Assembly (NCBI GenBank): GCA_965242695.1
Contig: CBDESU010000002.1
Coordinates: forward strand, 736,001-800,000
Direction of reading: 5' to 3'
Length of the DNA stretch: 64,000 nucleotides
DNA from: Cenarchaeum sp.
GTDB taxonomy: Archaea > Thermoproteota > Nitrososphaeria > Nitrososphaerales > Nitrosopumilaceae
Shown here: positions 10,417 through 20,246 of the stretch, one piece after another
Layout of the letters: each line of letters begins with the position of its first letter
How positions within the stretch are numbered: the first letter of the stretch is position 1
Program-made: the position numbers and the translations under genes
The notes under the pieces: generated by a model
What the model was told of the DNA's origin: nothing
Databases searched by the model: none
What the model saw: the letters and a program-made list of their open reading frames with translations, nothing else

Positions 10417-10680
10417 CGCTGGCGGCCGGGCTGCGGGGCGTAGCGCCGGCCCGTGCAGCTAGCCTGCCGTACGCCGTATTACGCCCCACCTTCAACCTAG
10501 TTCGGTTCTGGGACCATAGCAGGCCCTGCCGGCGGCCGTCTCGGGCGGGTCACGGGACATGAGCCGCCCCCATCCGCCCGCCGGCGAAGGCCCGGGCCCT
10601 GCACACTTGCCGTCATGCACCGTATTACGCCCGAGGTCCGTTCACCGCCAGGTTGCGACACTGCTATGCACGGGCCGGCA

Positions 10681-11148
10681 TCAGGGCGCCGCGCCGATCA
10701 TGACCGAGACGGTCCCGATCACGTTGCCGTTCGGGTCTATCGTAATATCGACGCTCTGGCCTTCGGGCACCTCGAACGCCTTTTGCCCCTGGTAGTCCCA
10801 GGTGTAGTACTCGGAGATCGGCGACTTGTGCAGCGTGCCGTCGAGCTCAAAGTCGTCGGCGAACGAGAACGACTCGCCCTCCATGCTGATCGACAGGACG
10901 CGGGGGCTGTCGCCGTTGGGGACGAACTTGAACTCGTACCTGCCGGCCGCAATGTCAAACGTCCTCTCGTGGATGCCGTCGACGTACTCTTCCTCCCACA
11001 AGAGGGCGTGGAACGCAAAGCCCTGCCTGGCAGAGCCTGTCGTGTCCGAGGCGACGGTGTTGATGACGAACAGGGCGGCGATGGCGGCCACTGCCGCTAT
11101 TGCCGCGTACGCCGCCTTTTTCACGCCCCGCCCGCGGCGCCGGGCCAA
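10681..11148 (-). CDS. hypothetical protein with N-terminal membrane anchor
   Basis: 155 aa; hydrophobic N-terminus followed by a beta-rich soluble domain; codon usage like the core genes. Confidence 0.75.
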   Translation of the reverse strand: MARRRGRGVKKAAYAAIAAVAAIAALFVINTVASDTTGSARQGFAFHALLWEEEYVDGIHERTFDIAAGRYEFKFVPNGDSPRVLSISMEGESFSFADDFELDGTLHKSPISEYYTWDYQGQKAFEVPEGQSVDITIDPNGNVIGTVSVMIGAAP

Positions 11149-11906
11149 ATTAAGTCTTGCCGGCGGCCGGCCCGCGGATGGGAGCAGAGCGGGGCGGAGC
11201 CGCCGCCTGCCTCTTGGCTCGCAGTCGTTGCCGCCCCCGCCTTTTGCATGCGCGTACGCCGCCTGCCCTTGGCGGTGCCATGAACCGCGCCCCGACCCGA
11301 CCTGCCGGCTCGCCTTCCCGCTCGGGAGGCATCTGCCCGCGGGCCTCCGCCCCCGCCGCCCGGACGGCTAGGGAATGTCGATTCGTCCCTGCCTGTCCCA
11401 GCGCGGGAGTCGAGACAGCGGTGCGGGGCATGCCGCCGATGTCCAATGACGGCACGCCCGACGCACCGGCGCGAGTCCACGAAGGGCGGCATTAAGGCTA
11501 ACCCTGAGCCTGTCGGGATGCTAGGGTTGCCCGGCAGGAGGCGTCCACTGCCCTGCACAGCTTGCGTTTGGCGGCAATCATGCGGCCGTGCTTGAGTTGC
11601 CCGGCAGGAGGCGCCCGCCGCGCGGCACAACGGGGGCGATGACACTGCGGCCACCCTTGGCGCCGGGGCGCGGCAGGGGGAGGCGGCCAGAGACAAGGGC
11701 GCACCTCCCCCGATGCCTAGGCCGCCCCGCCGCAGCCCTCCCCGCCGCCCCGCCGGCGCGTGGCAGGGCGCCTCATCCCCCTCCGGCACCTGTGCGCCGC
11801 CAGGCCGCCCTCCGCCCCCCGTCGCCCGCGCCTTGTCGGCCATTGTTGACCAGTTGTCAACCGAACTTGACCCCCTCCATTAAGCCGCCGCCCGCCAGCA
11901 TGGGGC

Positions 11907-12569
11907 ATGACACGCTTTGAAGACACGTGGACGCGGCCCGTCTCGCCCGGCCTGACCGAGCGACTAGGCACCGCCGTCCACCCCCCGGGCCCCCTCAAGC
12001 CCAGGATAAAGACCGCCGTCCAAAGCATACAGCAGCAGGTCGGCAAGCTCGACGCCATCCTGGCAAAGCTCAAGGACAAGGACGCAAAGCTCTTCCAAAA
12101 GGTCGTCGCGGCCACGCAGCAGCACGACGCGCACGCGAGCAGGGTCCTGTCCAGCGAGCTTGCAGAGGTGCGCAAGGTCACAAAGGTCCTCGGCAACACG
12201 AGGATAGGCCTGGAGCAGATCGAGCTGCGGCTTACCACGTGCAGCGACATCGGGGACACAGTGATGACCATAATGCCCACCGTCGGCCTGATGAGGGGCA
12301 TACAGTCGTCCCTGGCCAGGTTCATGCCCGGCGCGGACCAGGAGATCGGCAAGATGACCGAGATGCTCGGCGGCCTCATGACCGAGACGTTCTCGGGAGA
12401 CTCGATGTTCGGCTCCGGCGAGGTCTCCAACGAAGAGTCCGACAAGATACTCCAAGAGGCCGCCGCGGTCGCAGAGAGCTCGGTCGGGACCAAGTTCCCG
12501 TCGACCCCGTTCGACCTCGACGAGCACGCAAAGGCGGCCGAGCAGCAGCAGCCAGGCAAGTTTGCCTAG
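11907..12569 (+). CDS. ESCRT-III/Snf7 family cell division protein, CdvB-like paralogue
   Basis: PLKPRI...DAKLFQKVV...LSSELAEVRKV...LEQIELRLTT...ILQEAAAVAE; paralogous to 51301-51969. Confidence 0.88.
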   Translation: MTRFEDTWTRPVSPGLTERLGTAVHPPGPLKPRIKTAVQSIQQQVGKLDAILAKLKDKDAKLFQKVVAATQQHDAHASRVLSSELAEVRKVTKVLGNTRIGLEQIELRLTTCSDIGDTVMTIMPTVGLMRGIQSSLARFMPGADQEIGKMTEMLGGLMTETFSGDSMFGSGEVSNEESDKILQEAAAVAESSVGTKFPSTPFDLDEHAKAAEQQQPGKFA

Positions 12570-12603
12570 CCGCAAACACCCACCCCCCTCTTCTATTTCT
12601 CTC

Positions 12604-13317
12604 CTAGGGTCCGGCTCCGGCCGCCGCCCCTCCCCCGTTCTGCGGCGCGGACACCGAGGCCGCCCGGGCCGACAGCTCGGCCCTGACGCTCTTTATCCTG
12701 CCGCCCTCGTCGTTGACGACCTCGTCGATGTTGGCCAGGCGGCCCCTCAGGTCGGTAATGATGGCGCCGACCTCGTCGGCCTCGCCCTCTACCATGGCGC
12801 GCTTCTCGGCCAGGTCGCGCATGCCCCTGCTCTCCTCGTCGATGTACTCCCTGATCTTGACGAGCTTTTCGCGCAGGTTCTTGATGTCGACGAGCTCGTC
12901 CTCAATGTCCTTTTCGAGCCGCGTCCGCTTGTCCTTTAGGTTCTTGATCATGACGCCGACGTAGTCTATGGCCTCTTCCAGCCGGGCGCGCTTGCCGATC
13001 AGCGCATCGATGCCAATGTCCGACGAGCCCTGCAGGGGAGCCTGCATGCCGCTTCCTCCTCCAGCCTCCTGCCCGGCCGCGGGCTGGGCCCCCTGCCCTG
13101 CGCCGTCCTGCCGCCCCGCCTCGGCGGCCACACTACCGCCGCCGCCCTCGCCGTACCCCGAGAACCGCTCCGGCCCGGCGGCCGCCGCCTCGGCCTGCCC
13201 CGCCGCCAGGCCGTACGGGTCGGCGGCCACACTACCGCCGCTGCCGCCCTGCTCGGCCAGCCCGGCCCCTTCCCCGCCATCCCCGTCCTTCTTGAAGCGG
13301 TCAAAGAGCCCAGCCAT
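12604..13317 (-). CDS. coiled-coil hypothetical protein
   Basis: Low-complexity N-terminus, then a long heptad-rich helix (LEEAIDYVGVMIKNLKDKRTRLEKDIE). Confidence 0.75.
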   Translation of the reverse strand: MAGLFDRFKKDGDGGEGAGLAEQGGSGGSVAADPYGLAAGQAEAAAAGPERFSGYGEGGGGSVAAEAGRQDGAGQGAQPAAGQEAGGGSGMQAPLQGSSDIGIDALIGKRARLEEAIDYVGVMIKNLKDKRTRLEKDIEDELVDIKNLREKLVKIREYIDEESRGMRDLAEKRAMVEGEADEVGAIITDLRGRLANIDEVVNDEGGRIKSVRAELSARAASVSAPQNGGGAAAGAGP

Positions 13318-13416
13318 TTAGCCCGGGGCGGGGCCGGATGTTATTAAACAGTCGTATCGGGCGCCGCCCGCGCCGCCCGATCAACCTTCATATTGCTAGC
13401 GCCGCGGCCGCCCAGC

Positions 13417-13611
13417 ATGGCATCCCGGGCCATCTGCGCCGGCGTCGGCATACCGATGATGGCAGTAGGCGCGCTCATCGCCGTCCTGTGGTCGCCGGCG
13501 GCCGCGGACCTTGCGGGCACGGTAGAGTTCGTCGGCGGCACTATAGGCATACTCGGGGCGGTCTTCTTCATCGCCGGCCTGTTCTACACGCGCGAGCCGG
13601 TCATGCGCTAG
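13417..13611 (+). CDS. small two-TM membrane protein
   Basis: MASRAICAGVGIPMMAVGALIAVLW...GAVFFIAGLFY; AT-rich box upstream. Confidence 0.65.
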   Translation: MASRAICAGVGIPMMAVGALIAVLWSPAAADLAGTVEFVGGTIGILGAVFFIAGLFYTREPVMR

Positions 13612-13673
13612 GCCCCCGCCGGACCGCGCCCCCTGCACGACCGGTTAAATTGAGCATCCCCCGTCCGGCCGCG

Positions 13674-14396
13674 TTGAAGCCGGTGCGCATCTCCGAGGTG
13701 TTCACGTCGCTAGAGGGCGAGGGCGTCCTGCTCGGCACCAAGACGCTGTTCGTCCGGCTAGCCGGCTGCCCGTTCAGGTGCGGCTACTGCGACACGGACT
13801 ATGCGCTGCCCATGGACTCTGGCACAGAGTACGGCATGGACGAGGCGTTCGAGCTCGTGCGCGGCTCGCTCGAGAGGGGCACGTTCAAGGTGAACTTTAC
13901 CGGCGGCGATCCGCTCGTGCAGCACGAGGCCGTCGCCGAGCTGGCCCGGCGCGTCCGCGGCGAGGCCGGCACGCCGACGTACCTAGAGTCGTCGTGCTAC
14001 GACGCGGCGCGGTTCAGGGCCGTCCTGCCCCACATGGACTACGTAAAGGCCGAGCTCAAGACGGCCGACTCGGGGTTCGTCGACGAGGCGCGCTACCCGG
14101 CCCTGCTCGAGAGCGCGCTCGAGTGCCTGCGCGCGTCCGTCGCCCTCGGCACGTTCACCTACGTCAAGATCGTCGTCGGCGCCTCGACGTCGGCGGCCCA
14201 CCTTGCCGACCTTGTCGGGAGGGCGCTAGAGGCGGCGCCCGGCGGCGCCGGCCTGTCCGGGATGGTCATCCAGCCGGTCACGGGGAGCGGCGCGCCGTCC
14301 CTCGGCCACCTGCTGCGCCTCTACGATGCGGCCCGGCCGCTGTACGAGGACGTCCGCGTCGTGCCGCAGCTGCACAAGGCGATCGGCGCGCCCTGA
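13674..14396 (+). CDS. queE: 7-carboxy-7-deazaguanine synthase (radical SAM)
   Basis: [28 protein letters not shown] (CxxxCxxC), FTGGDP, PQLHK; TTG start inferred. Confidence 0.92.
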   Translation: MKPVRISEVFTSLEGEGVLLGTKTLFVRLAGCPFRCGYCDTDYALPMDSGTEYGMDEAFELVRGSLERGTFKVNFTGGDPLVQHEAVAELARRVRGEAGTPTYLESSCYDAARFRAVLPHMDYVKAELKTADSGFVDEARYPALLESALECLRASVALGTFTYVKIVVGASTSAAHLADLVGRALEAAPGGAGLSGMVIQPVTGSGAPSLGHLLRLYDAARPLYEDVRVVPQLHKAIGAP

Positions 14397-14440
14397 GCGG
14401 CATTCCCACGACTTTTATAGGGCCTGCCCAGACGGGGGGC

Positions 14441-15007
14441 GTGGATGCGGACAGGGTGCGCAAGCTCGTGCGCGAGCTGATCATCGAGATCGGCGAGGAC
14501 CCGACGCGCGAGGGGCTGCGCGGGACGCCCGACCGCATAGCGCGCATGTACTCCGAGATATTCGGCGGGTACGAGTCGGACTCGGAGCTGTCCGTGCAGT
14601 TCTCCGAGGACTCTGACGTCGTCGTGGCACGCGACATCCAGTTCTACTCGATGTGCGAGCACCACATGCTCCCGTTCTTTGGGCGCGTGAGCATCGCGTA
14701 CGCGCCCAACGGCCGCGTGTTCGGCGTCTCAAAGCTCGTCAGGCTCGTCGAAAAGTACGCCCGCCGCCTGCAGATACAGGAGCGCCTCACCCGCGACATC
14801 GCCGACGAGCTGTACTCGCGCGGCGTCAAGGGCGTCGCCGTCGTGGCCGAGGCCGAGCACCTGTGCATGAAGATGAGGGGGGTGCGCAACGGGGCGCGGA
14901 TGACGTCGAGCGCGTTCCGCGGCACCTACCAAGAGGCCAGCGAGAAGGCCGCCGTCGTCTCGATGATCCGCCGGCCGTTCCACGGCCAGTCCCCCGACGC
15001 GGCGTAG
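14441..15007 (+). CDS. folE: GTP cyclohydrolase I
   Basis: [45 protein letters not shown]; GTG start at 14441. Confidence 0.95.
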   Translation: MDADRVRKLVRELIIEIGEDPTREGLRGTPDRIARMYSEIFGGYESDSELSVQFSEDSDVVVARDIQFYSMCEHHMLPFFGRVSIAYAPNGRVFGVSKLVRLVEKYARRLQIQERLTRDIADELYSRGVKGVAVVAEAEHLCMKMRGVRNGARMTSSAFRGTYQEASEKAAVVSMIRRPFHGQSPDAA

Positions 15008-15089
15008 CGGGCGCGCGCGCGGGAGGGGGTGCGCAGGCGCCGCCAGCCCGCCTTGAATAATTAAATACCGACCCGGCCGGCGCGCGGGC

Positions 15090-15434
15090 GTGACGGCGCA
15101 CGACAACGTCCACATACCGAGCGAGTCGTGGCCGAACTGGACGTGGTACGCCCTAGAGTTCGGCGTGGTCCTGGCCGTGTCCATGGTCATAGGCTGGAAG
15201 ATCTCGGATGCGATCCTAGGCGACGTGGCGGCCGTGCTCGGCCACGCCGGCGCCCTCGAGTCGTGGGCCGGCCTGACCGTGCACTCGACCGAGTTCAAGG
15301 CGCTCGACGATGCGATCGAGCGCAAGATCGTCGCCTACTCTAACTGGATATTCTACGGCATACTAGGCACGATATTCGGCGTGTGGTACCTCGTCATACG
15401 CGGGATCGTCCTCAAGAAGAGGATACTGCGCTAG
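15090..15434 (+). CDS. hypothetical membrane protein
   Basis: 114 aa, two TM segments, AT-rich TATA region at about 15055-15067. Confidence 0.75.
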   Translation: MTAHDNVHIPSESWPNWTWYALEFGVVLAVSMVIGWKISDAILGDVAAVLGHAGALESWAGLTVHSTEFKALDDAIERKIVAYSNWIFYGILGTIFGVWYLVIRGIVLKKRILR

Positions 15435-15455
15435 TAGGCGCCCGCCCCTCGCCGG

Positions 15456-16148
15456 CTAGGCCGGGCTCGCGTACCTCGTCCTGTCCTCGATGCCGGCGTC
15501 GGCGAACGCCGCGCGCCGGTTCCTGCACGACTCGCACCTGCCGCACTGCACCGTCTTGGGTCCTCCGTCGCCGTAGCAGCTCCACGTGCCGAACACGGCA
15601 TCGCCGAGCTCGGCGTGGCCTGCCCTGAGCAGGTCCGCCTTTGTCATGCCCTCCCTGTACGGGCTCCACACGGCAAGGCGCCTGCGCCGGCCGGATTCGA
15701 CCGCGTCGGCCTCGGCCTTGCCGAGGGCCGCCTCCATCGACCTTGCAAAGGCCGGCCTGCAGTCGGGGTACCTCGAGTCGCCCGCATGCGCGCCGTACGC
15801 GACCGTCCTTGCCCCGATCGAGTAGGCCCACGCCGATGCAATCGAGAGGAACACCGCATTGCGCGCGGGCACGACGATCGAGGGGCTGAACCTGCCGGGT
15901 ATGGCCGTTCCGGGATCGGTCAGGGCGTTGGACTTTCCGTACAGCCCGCGCATGAACCCGATGTCGGCCGTGCGGTGCTCGGCAAGGCCGGCCGCCCGGG
16001 CAAGCCGCGCGGCCGCCGCCGTCTCGGCCCCCGCGCGCTGCCCGTACGAGAATGTGATGCCGTGCAGCGAGTACCGCCGCCGCAGGACGGCGGCCGTGCA
16101 CGCCGAGTCCAGGCCGCCGCTGAACACGACGACGGCCCTTGCCTTCAC
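15456..16148 (-). CDS. queC: 7-cyano-7-deazaguanine synthase
   Basis: FSGGLDS, SYGQR, VPARNAVF, YPDCRPAF, TWSCY...CGRCESC; GTG 16148 overlaps the thrB stop. Confidence 0.95.
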   Translation of the reverse strand: MKARAVVVFSGGLDSACTAAVLRRRYSLHGITFSYGQRAGAETAAAARLARAAGLAEHRTADIGFMRGLYGKSNALTDPGTAIPGRFSPSIVVPARNAVFLSIASAWAYSIGARTVAYGAHAGDSRYPDCRPAFARSMEAALGKAEADAVESGRRRRLAVWSPYREGMTKADLLRAGHAELGDAVFGTWSCYGDGGPKTVQCGRCESCRNRRAAFADAGIEDRTRYASPA

Positions 16149-17101
16149 CGCGCCATCCCCTTTGGGTTCATGATCGTCGTCGCCCCGCCGCACGGCTTGC
16201 ACCTGACGGCACGGCTTGCGACGCCGGCGGCGGCAAACTCCCCGCGCATGGCCCTCCCCGCCGCGTTCCTCTTCGCCAGCGAGGTCGCAAACGCGACGAC
16301 CGACGGGCCGGCCCCGCTGATGGTCGCCCCGGATGCGCCGGCATCGAGCGCGGCTGCCTTTACCTCGCGGTACCCCGGTATCATGTGCTCGCGCGCCGGC
16401 TCGACGATGGCATCGCCGCTCGCGGCCCTCCCGGCCGCATCGGCATCGCCGCGCATCATGGCGGCGACGAGCATCGCCGCCGCGGCCAGGTTGTCGGTGC
16501 ACCCGGCGAGCGGGACGCGCCGCGGCACGGCGCCCCTCGAGGCGGCCGTCTTTGCCCTTGGCACGGGGATGCCGGGGATCGCGACGACCGCGTGCAGGCC
16601 GCGCGGCGCGTCGATGCGGACCGCCTCTAGCGGACTGGCGCTCTTGACTATGACGAACCCGCCGAGGATCGACGCGGCGACGTTGTCGTAGTGCGGCGCG
16701 CCGGCGCTAGCGGCCTCGCCTTCGCCCGCAAAGCGGACGAGCTCGGACGGCCCGAGCCCAAGCTTGAGCAGCCTGTTGAGCGCGACGGCCGCGGCGGCGG
16801 CCGATGCAGCGCTGCTGCCCATGCCGTACCCCGCCGGCACGCCCTTTTCGACGCGCACCCGCAGCTCGCCGCCGGCGGATCCGAACACCTCTGCCATCCT
16901 CTTGACCGTGAGCCCCGCAGTGTTCCTCCCCACCGCCGCCGGCATGCCCCTTCCGGGCTCGGACATTGTTACGCGCCCCTCCCTGCCGTCCGGGACGTGC
17001 TCGATCGTGACCGTATCGTGGAACGCGTTGAGTGCGAGCCCGAACACGTCGTACCCGGGGCCCAGGTTCGCGGTCGACGACGGCGCCCTTGCGGCCGCCA
17101 C
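16145..17101 (-). CDS. thrB: homoserine kinase
   Basis: APSSTANLGPGYDVFGLAL, GMGSSAAS, HYDNVAAS, ISGAGPS. Start uncertain (GTG 17101 or CTG 17158). Confidence 0.93.
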   Translation of the reverse strand: MAAARAPSSTANLGPGYDVFGLALNAFHDTVTIEHVPDGREGRVTMSEPGRGMPAAVGRNTAGLTVKRMAEVFGSAGGELRVRVEKGVPAGYGMGSSAASAAAAAVALNRLLKLGLGPSELVRFAGEGEAASAGAPHYDNVAASILGGFVIVKSASPLEAVRIDAPRGLHAVVAIPGIPVPRAKTAASRGAVPRRVPLAGCTDNLAAAAMLVAAMMRGDADAAGRAASGDAIVEPAREHMIPGYREVKAAALDAGASGATISGAGPSVVAFATSLAKRNAAGRAMRGEFAAAGVASRAVRCKPCGGATTIMNPKGMAR

Positions 17102-17154
17102 GCCGCCGGCCGTAACCTCGCCGCCCTTGCGGTCGCGCGCGTCCTGCTCGGCCG

Positions 17155-17925
17155 TCAGTCCTCGACCTCCTCTCCCAGGTTCAGGATGCGGCTGAGGGCC
17201 CCCCGCAGCGCCTCCATGCCCTCGCCCGTCACGTTGGACACGGGCAGGATGCCCTGGGCAAATCCCCCCTCGCCGAGGCCGCGCAGCATGCCGGCAGACA
17301 GCGCGTACGTCTCGCCGTCGCCGTCGGCGGCGAGCGCATCGGAGAGCAGGGCCGCGCTGGTAGTCCAGCCGAGGATGTCGCCTAGCCGCTCGGCGATAAG
17401 GTCGCGCTTTGTCAGGACGTTGACGGCGGGCAGGCCGAGGCGCAGCCTGATCGACGTGGCCAGCAGGGACACGGACACAAAGCTCGTCGGCGAGGACGCG
17501 AGGGCCCCGTCGAACAGGAACAGGCACACCCTCTCCTCGCGCGCCAGGTTCTCGGCTATGAACGGCCCGCTAGACCTGTACGCGAACAGCTCGACCTGCC
17601 CGGGCGTGTCCACGATGAGGTAGTCGGGGCTGACCGCATCGACCTGCTCTCGTATCTCGCCGATCTTCGAGGCCGCCAGGTCGGACGCCATGACCAGGGC
17701 CCCGTTCGGGCCGAGCTCGTACCTGCGCATCACCTGGACGACATCGACGTGGTCGCGCACGTCCACGTCGCACGCGTACGGGAGGCTCTCGGCGCCGGGG
17801 TCCATGTTGAGTATGGCCGCAAACGAGCCGCCTGCCGTGTAGTACTCGCTGATCTTCGAGGAGAGCAGCGACTTGCCCGATCCCGCCGTCCCGGTCACGA
17901 ACACGGTCTTCACGGGCTTGGCCAT
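17155..17925 (-). CDS. GPN-loop GTPase
   Basis: GTAGSGKS, NMDPG, LGPNGAL, DTPGQVELF, LTKRD. Confidence 0.93.
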   Translation of the reverse strand: MAKPVKTVFVTGTAGSGKSLLSSKISEYYTAGGSFAAILNMDPGAESLPYACDVDVRDHVDVVQVMRRYELGPNGALVMASDLAASKIGEIREQVDAVSPDYLIVDTPGQVELFAYRSSGPFIAENLAREERVCLFLFDGALASSPTSFVSVSLLATSIRLRLGLPAVNVLTKRDLIAERLGDILGWTTSAALLSDALAADGDGETYALSAGMLRGLGEGGFAQGILPVSNVTGEGMEALRGALSRILNLGEEVED

Positions 17926-17960
17926 TATTCGCTTATATTTGAACCTGCGAAAAGCGCGCG

Positions 17961-20246
17961 ATGAACTGGCGCCTAGCGGCCGTGCCTGCGAGCATGGTGC
18001 CGATCGCCGTCATAGCCGTCCAGTTCGACGTGAGCCTCGAGGACGTGCTCGCCGTCGGCGCCGTCCCGTTCGCCGCTGCCGCCCTCGTCATGATGGCCAA
18101 GCTCGGCGTGCAGGGGGCAAAGTTCACGTACATCGCGCGGCACTACCTGGGCCCCATCGACACGGTCTGGCGCATGTCCGGCGTGCGCGTAGGCAGCGAG
18201 TTCATCAAGTTCACGACGCCGATGTTCGTCGGCGCCGAGTTTGTCGTCATATACTGGATGCACAAGAAGGGCGTGCCCCCGTCCAAGGCGATGTGGGTCG
18301 CGATCCTCGACATCGTCACCGAGGTCCTCGCCGGCGGCCTGCTGTCCATCATGGCCGGCGTCGTCGCGCTGCTCGCCGGCGCGTACGTCGTCGCCGCCAT
18401 CATACTGGCCACGAGCGTGTCGGTCACGTCGGCGTGGGTCGTGATGTTCTTCCTGTCGTCCAAGCGCACGTTCCAGACGCCGCGCGCGATCGCGCGCCTT
18501 GCGGCCCGCATCGGCGGCGAGCGCATCGCCTCGTACGTCAAGGAGGCCGACAAGTGGATGGCCGAGGTCTGCGCGATGAGCCGCGAGAACATGTCGACGC
18601 GCGACTCGAAAAAGGTGTTTGCCGGCGGGCTGGCCCTGTCGACCGTATCGTGGCTGTTCTACGGCATATCGTTCATGATCATCGCGGCCGGGGTCGGCTA
18701 CTCGGTCGGCGCGTTCGACTCGGTCATGGCCGTCATGGGGGCCAATGCGATAGGAAACCTGCCCATTACGGTCGGCGGGTCGGGGCTTGCCGAGTTTGGC
18801 ATCGTCGCGTACCTGGAGAACCACAACCCGTTCGCGTTCGACGTCTCCGAGGGGGCCCTCGAGTGGGACGCGGTGATTGCGTGGAGGATCGCGACGTACT
18901 ATGTGCCGATCGCCGTGACGTGGTTCCTGCTGATGCGCCTTGCCCTGGGCAAGTACGAAAAGGTGAAGACGGCCGCTGCCGTGGCGGGAGGCGGCGCCAG
19001 CAGCGCCAGCGCATCCGGCGCCAGCAGCGTCGGCAACGCGGACGCGGGCGGCGAGCCTGCGGGAGGCGTCAGCGCTAGCGCCGGCAGCAGGAGCAGCGCC
19101 AGCGCATCCGGCGCCGGCACACCGGGCGCCAGCAGCGGCGATGCATCCCGCCGGGCCGCTCCGTCCGCCTTTACGGCCCGGCTTGCAGAACGAGAGCGGC
19201 GGGAAAACGTCGAGCTCATACTGCGCGTTGCCAAGGGCGAGCGCAAGCGCCGCGCCCGCGCCCGCGCCCGCGCCGGCACCGAACCCAAGACCACGCTTTA
19301 CCAAGACGTCGTCCACCAGATCCGGCACTGGTGCGACGACATTCCCGAGGACCAGATCCGGGCCGTGATGCAAGAGCATTCGCTCCTGCCTGCCGGCGAC
19401 GGCGACGGCGACGCCAGCTCTAGCTCCAGCGCTGGCGACGGCGACGCCGACGCCGACGATGCATCCCGCCCTGCCCCTCCGCCCGACTCCGCGTACTCGC
19501 TTGCCAAGCGCCTCGACCGCAGGTGGAACGTCCAGACGATCAAGAACGTCGTCGAGAGGGAGCGCAAACGCCGCGAGGAGTGGGGCACCAGGGGGCTTAC
19601 GCTCGAGCAGGCAGTCGTACGCCAACTCAAGCACTGGCGCCCCGACATCCCCGAGGACGACATCCGCAAGGTGATGCGGGGCGAGACCCTCCCTGCCGGC
19701 GGCGGTGATGGCGGCGGCGGCGTTGCCGGACAAGACGGAGGCGGAGACGGCAACACGGGCAGCGGCATTGACAGCACTGACAACGGGAGAGAGACCAATG
19801 GCGACTGCGACGCCAGCGGCGATGCCTCCCGCCCCGCCCCGCCGATGGCGTCCAAAGTCAGCAAGTCCCTCTCGCTGGCCATGGCAGAATGGGACAAGGA
19901 GACCAACACCGAGGTCATCCTGGGCATCGCCAAGAAGATGCGGCGGCTGCGCGAGCGCGATCTTCTCAGGGACCCCGACTACAAGCATACGACTACCCTC
20001 GTACAGGACACCATTCACCACGTACGGCACTGGCGCGACGACATCTCCGAGGCCGACATCCGCAAGGTGATGAGGGGCGAGTCGCTCCTGCCTGCCGGCG
20101 ACGGCGACGATGCAGGCGACAGCGGCACTGCCGGGCGGGGCGGAGGCGGCGACGGCAACGCGAGCAGCGGCACTGATAGCACTAGCGGCGGGAGAGGGCC
20201 CAATGGCAGCGGAGATGGCGGCGGCGGAACAGACGGCCGGCAGTGA
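17961..20246 (+). CDS. lysylphosphatidylglycerol-synthase-TM (flippase-like) protein with a long C-terminal extension of three novel repeats
   Basis: N-terminal ~330 aa polytopic, with LPITVGGSGLAE and WRIATYY; C-terminus has three copies of HW..DI.E..IR.VM..E.LLPAG.GDG. Confidence 0.8.
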   Translation: MNWRLAAVPASMVPIAVIAVQFDVSLEDVLAVGAVPFAAAALVMMAKLGVQGAKFTYIARHYLGPIDTVWRMSGVRVGSEFIKFTTPMFVGAEFVVIYWMHKKGVPPSKAMWVAILDIVTEVLAGGLLSIMAGVVALLAGAYVVAAIILATSVSVTSAWVVMFFLSSKRTFQTPRAIARLAARIGGERIASYVKEADKWMAEVCAMSRENMSTRDSKKVFAGGLALSTVSWLFYGISFMIIAAGVGYSVGAFDSVMAVMGANAIGNLPITVGGSGLAEFGIVAYLENHNPFAFDVSEGALEWDAVIAWRIATYYVPIAVTWFLLMRLALGKYEKVKTAAAVAGGGASSASASGASSVGNADAGGEPAGGVSASAGSRSSASASGAGTPGASSGDASRRAAPSAFTARLAERERRENVELILRVAKGERKRRARARARAGTEPKTTLYQDVVHQIRHWCDDIPEDQIRAVMQEHSLLPAGDGDGDASSSSSAGDGDADADDASRPAPPPDSAYSLAKRLDRRWNVQTIKNVVERERKRREEWGTRGLTLEQAVVRQLKHWRPDIPEDDIRKVMRGETLPAGGGDGGGGVAGQDGGGDGNTGSGIDSTDNGRETNGDCDASGDASRPAPPMASKVSKSLSLAMAEWDKETNTEVILGIAKKMRRLRERDLLRDPDYKHTTTLVQDTIHHVRHWRDDISEADIRKVMRGESLLPAGDGDDAGDSGTAGRGGGGDGNASSGTDSTSGGRGPNGSGDGGGGTDGRQ

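Noticed and set aside
11150-11900. Long GC-rich intergenic region with an 18-bp direct repeat (11526, 11596) as an ncRNA (SRP, RNase P) or gene
   Set aside because: No conserved SRP, RNase P or tRNA motifs recognised; ORFs are Arg/Pro/Ala-rich shadow frames.
13674-16148. queE-folE-queC as a 7-deazaguanine DNA-modification (dpd) cluster
   Set aside because: Host-like GC, embedded among housekeeping genes, no dpdA/TGT-like gene; best explained as preQ0 supply for tRNA archaeosine.
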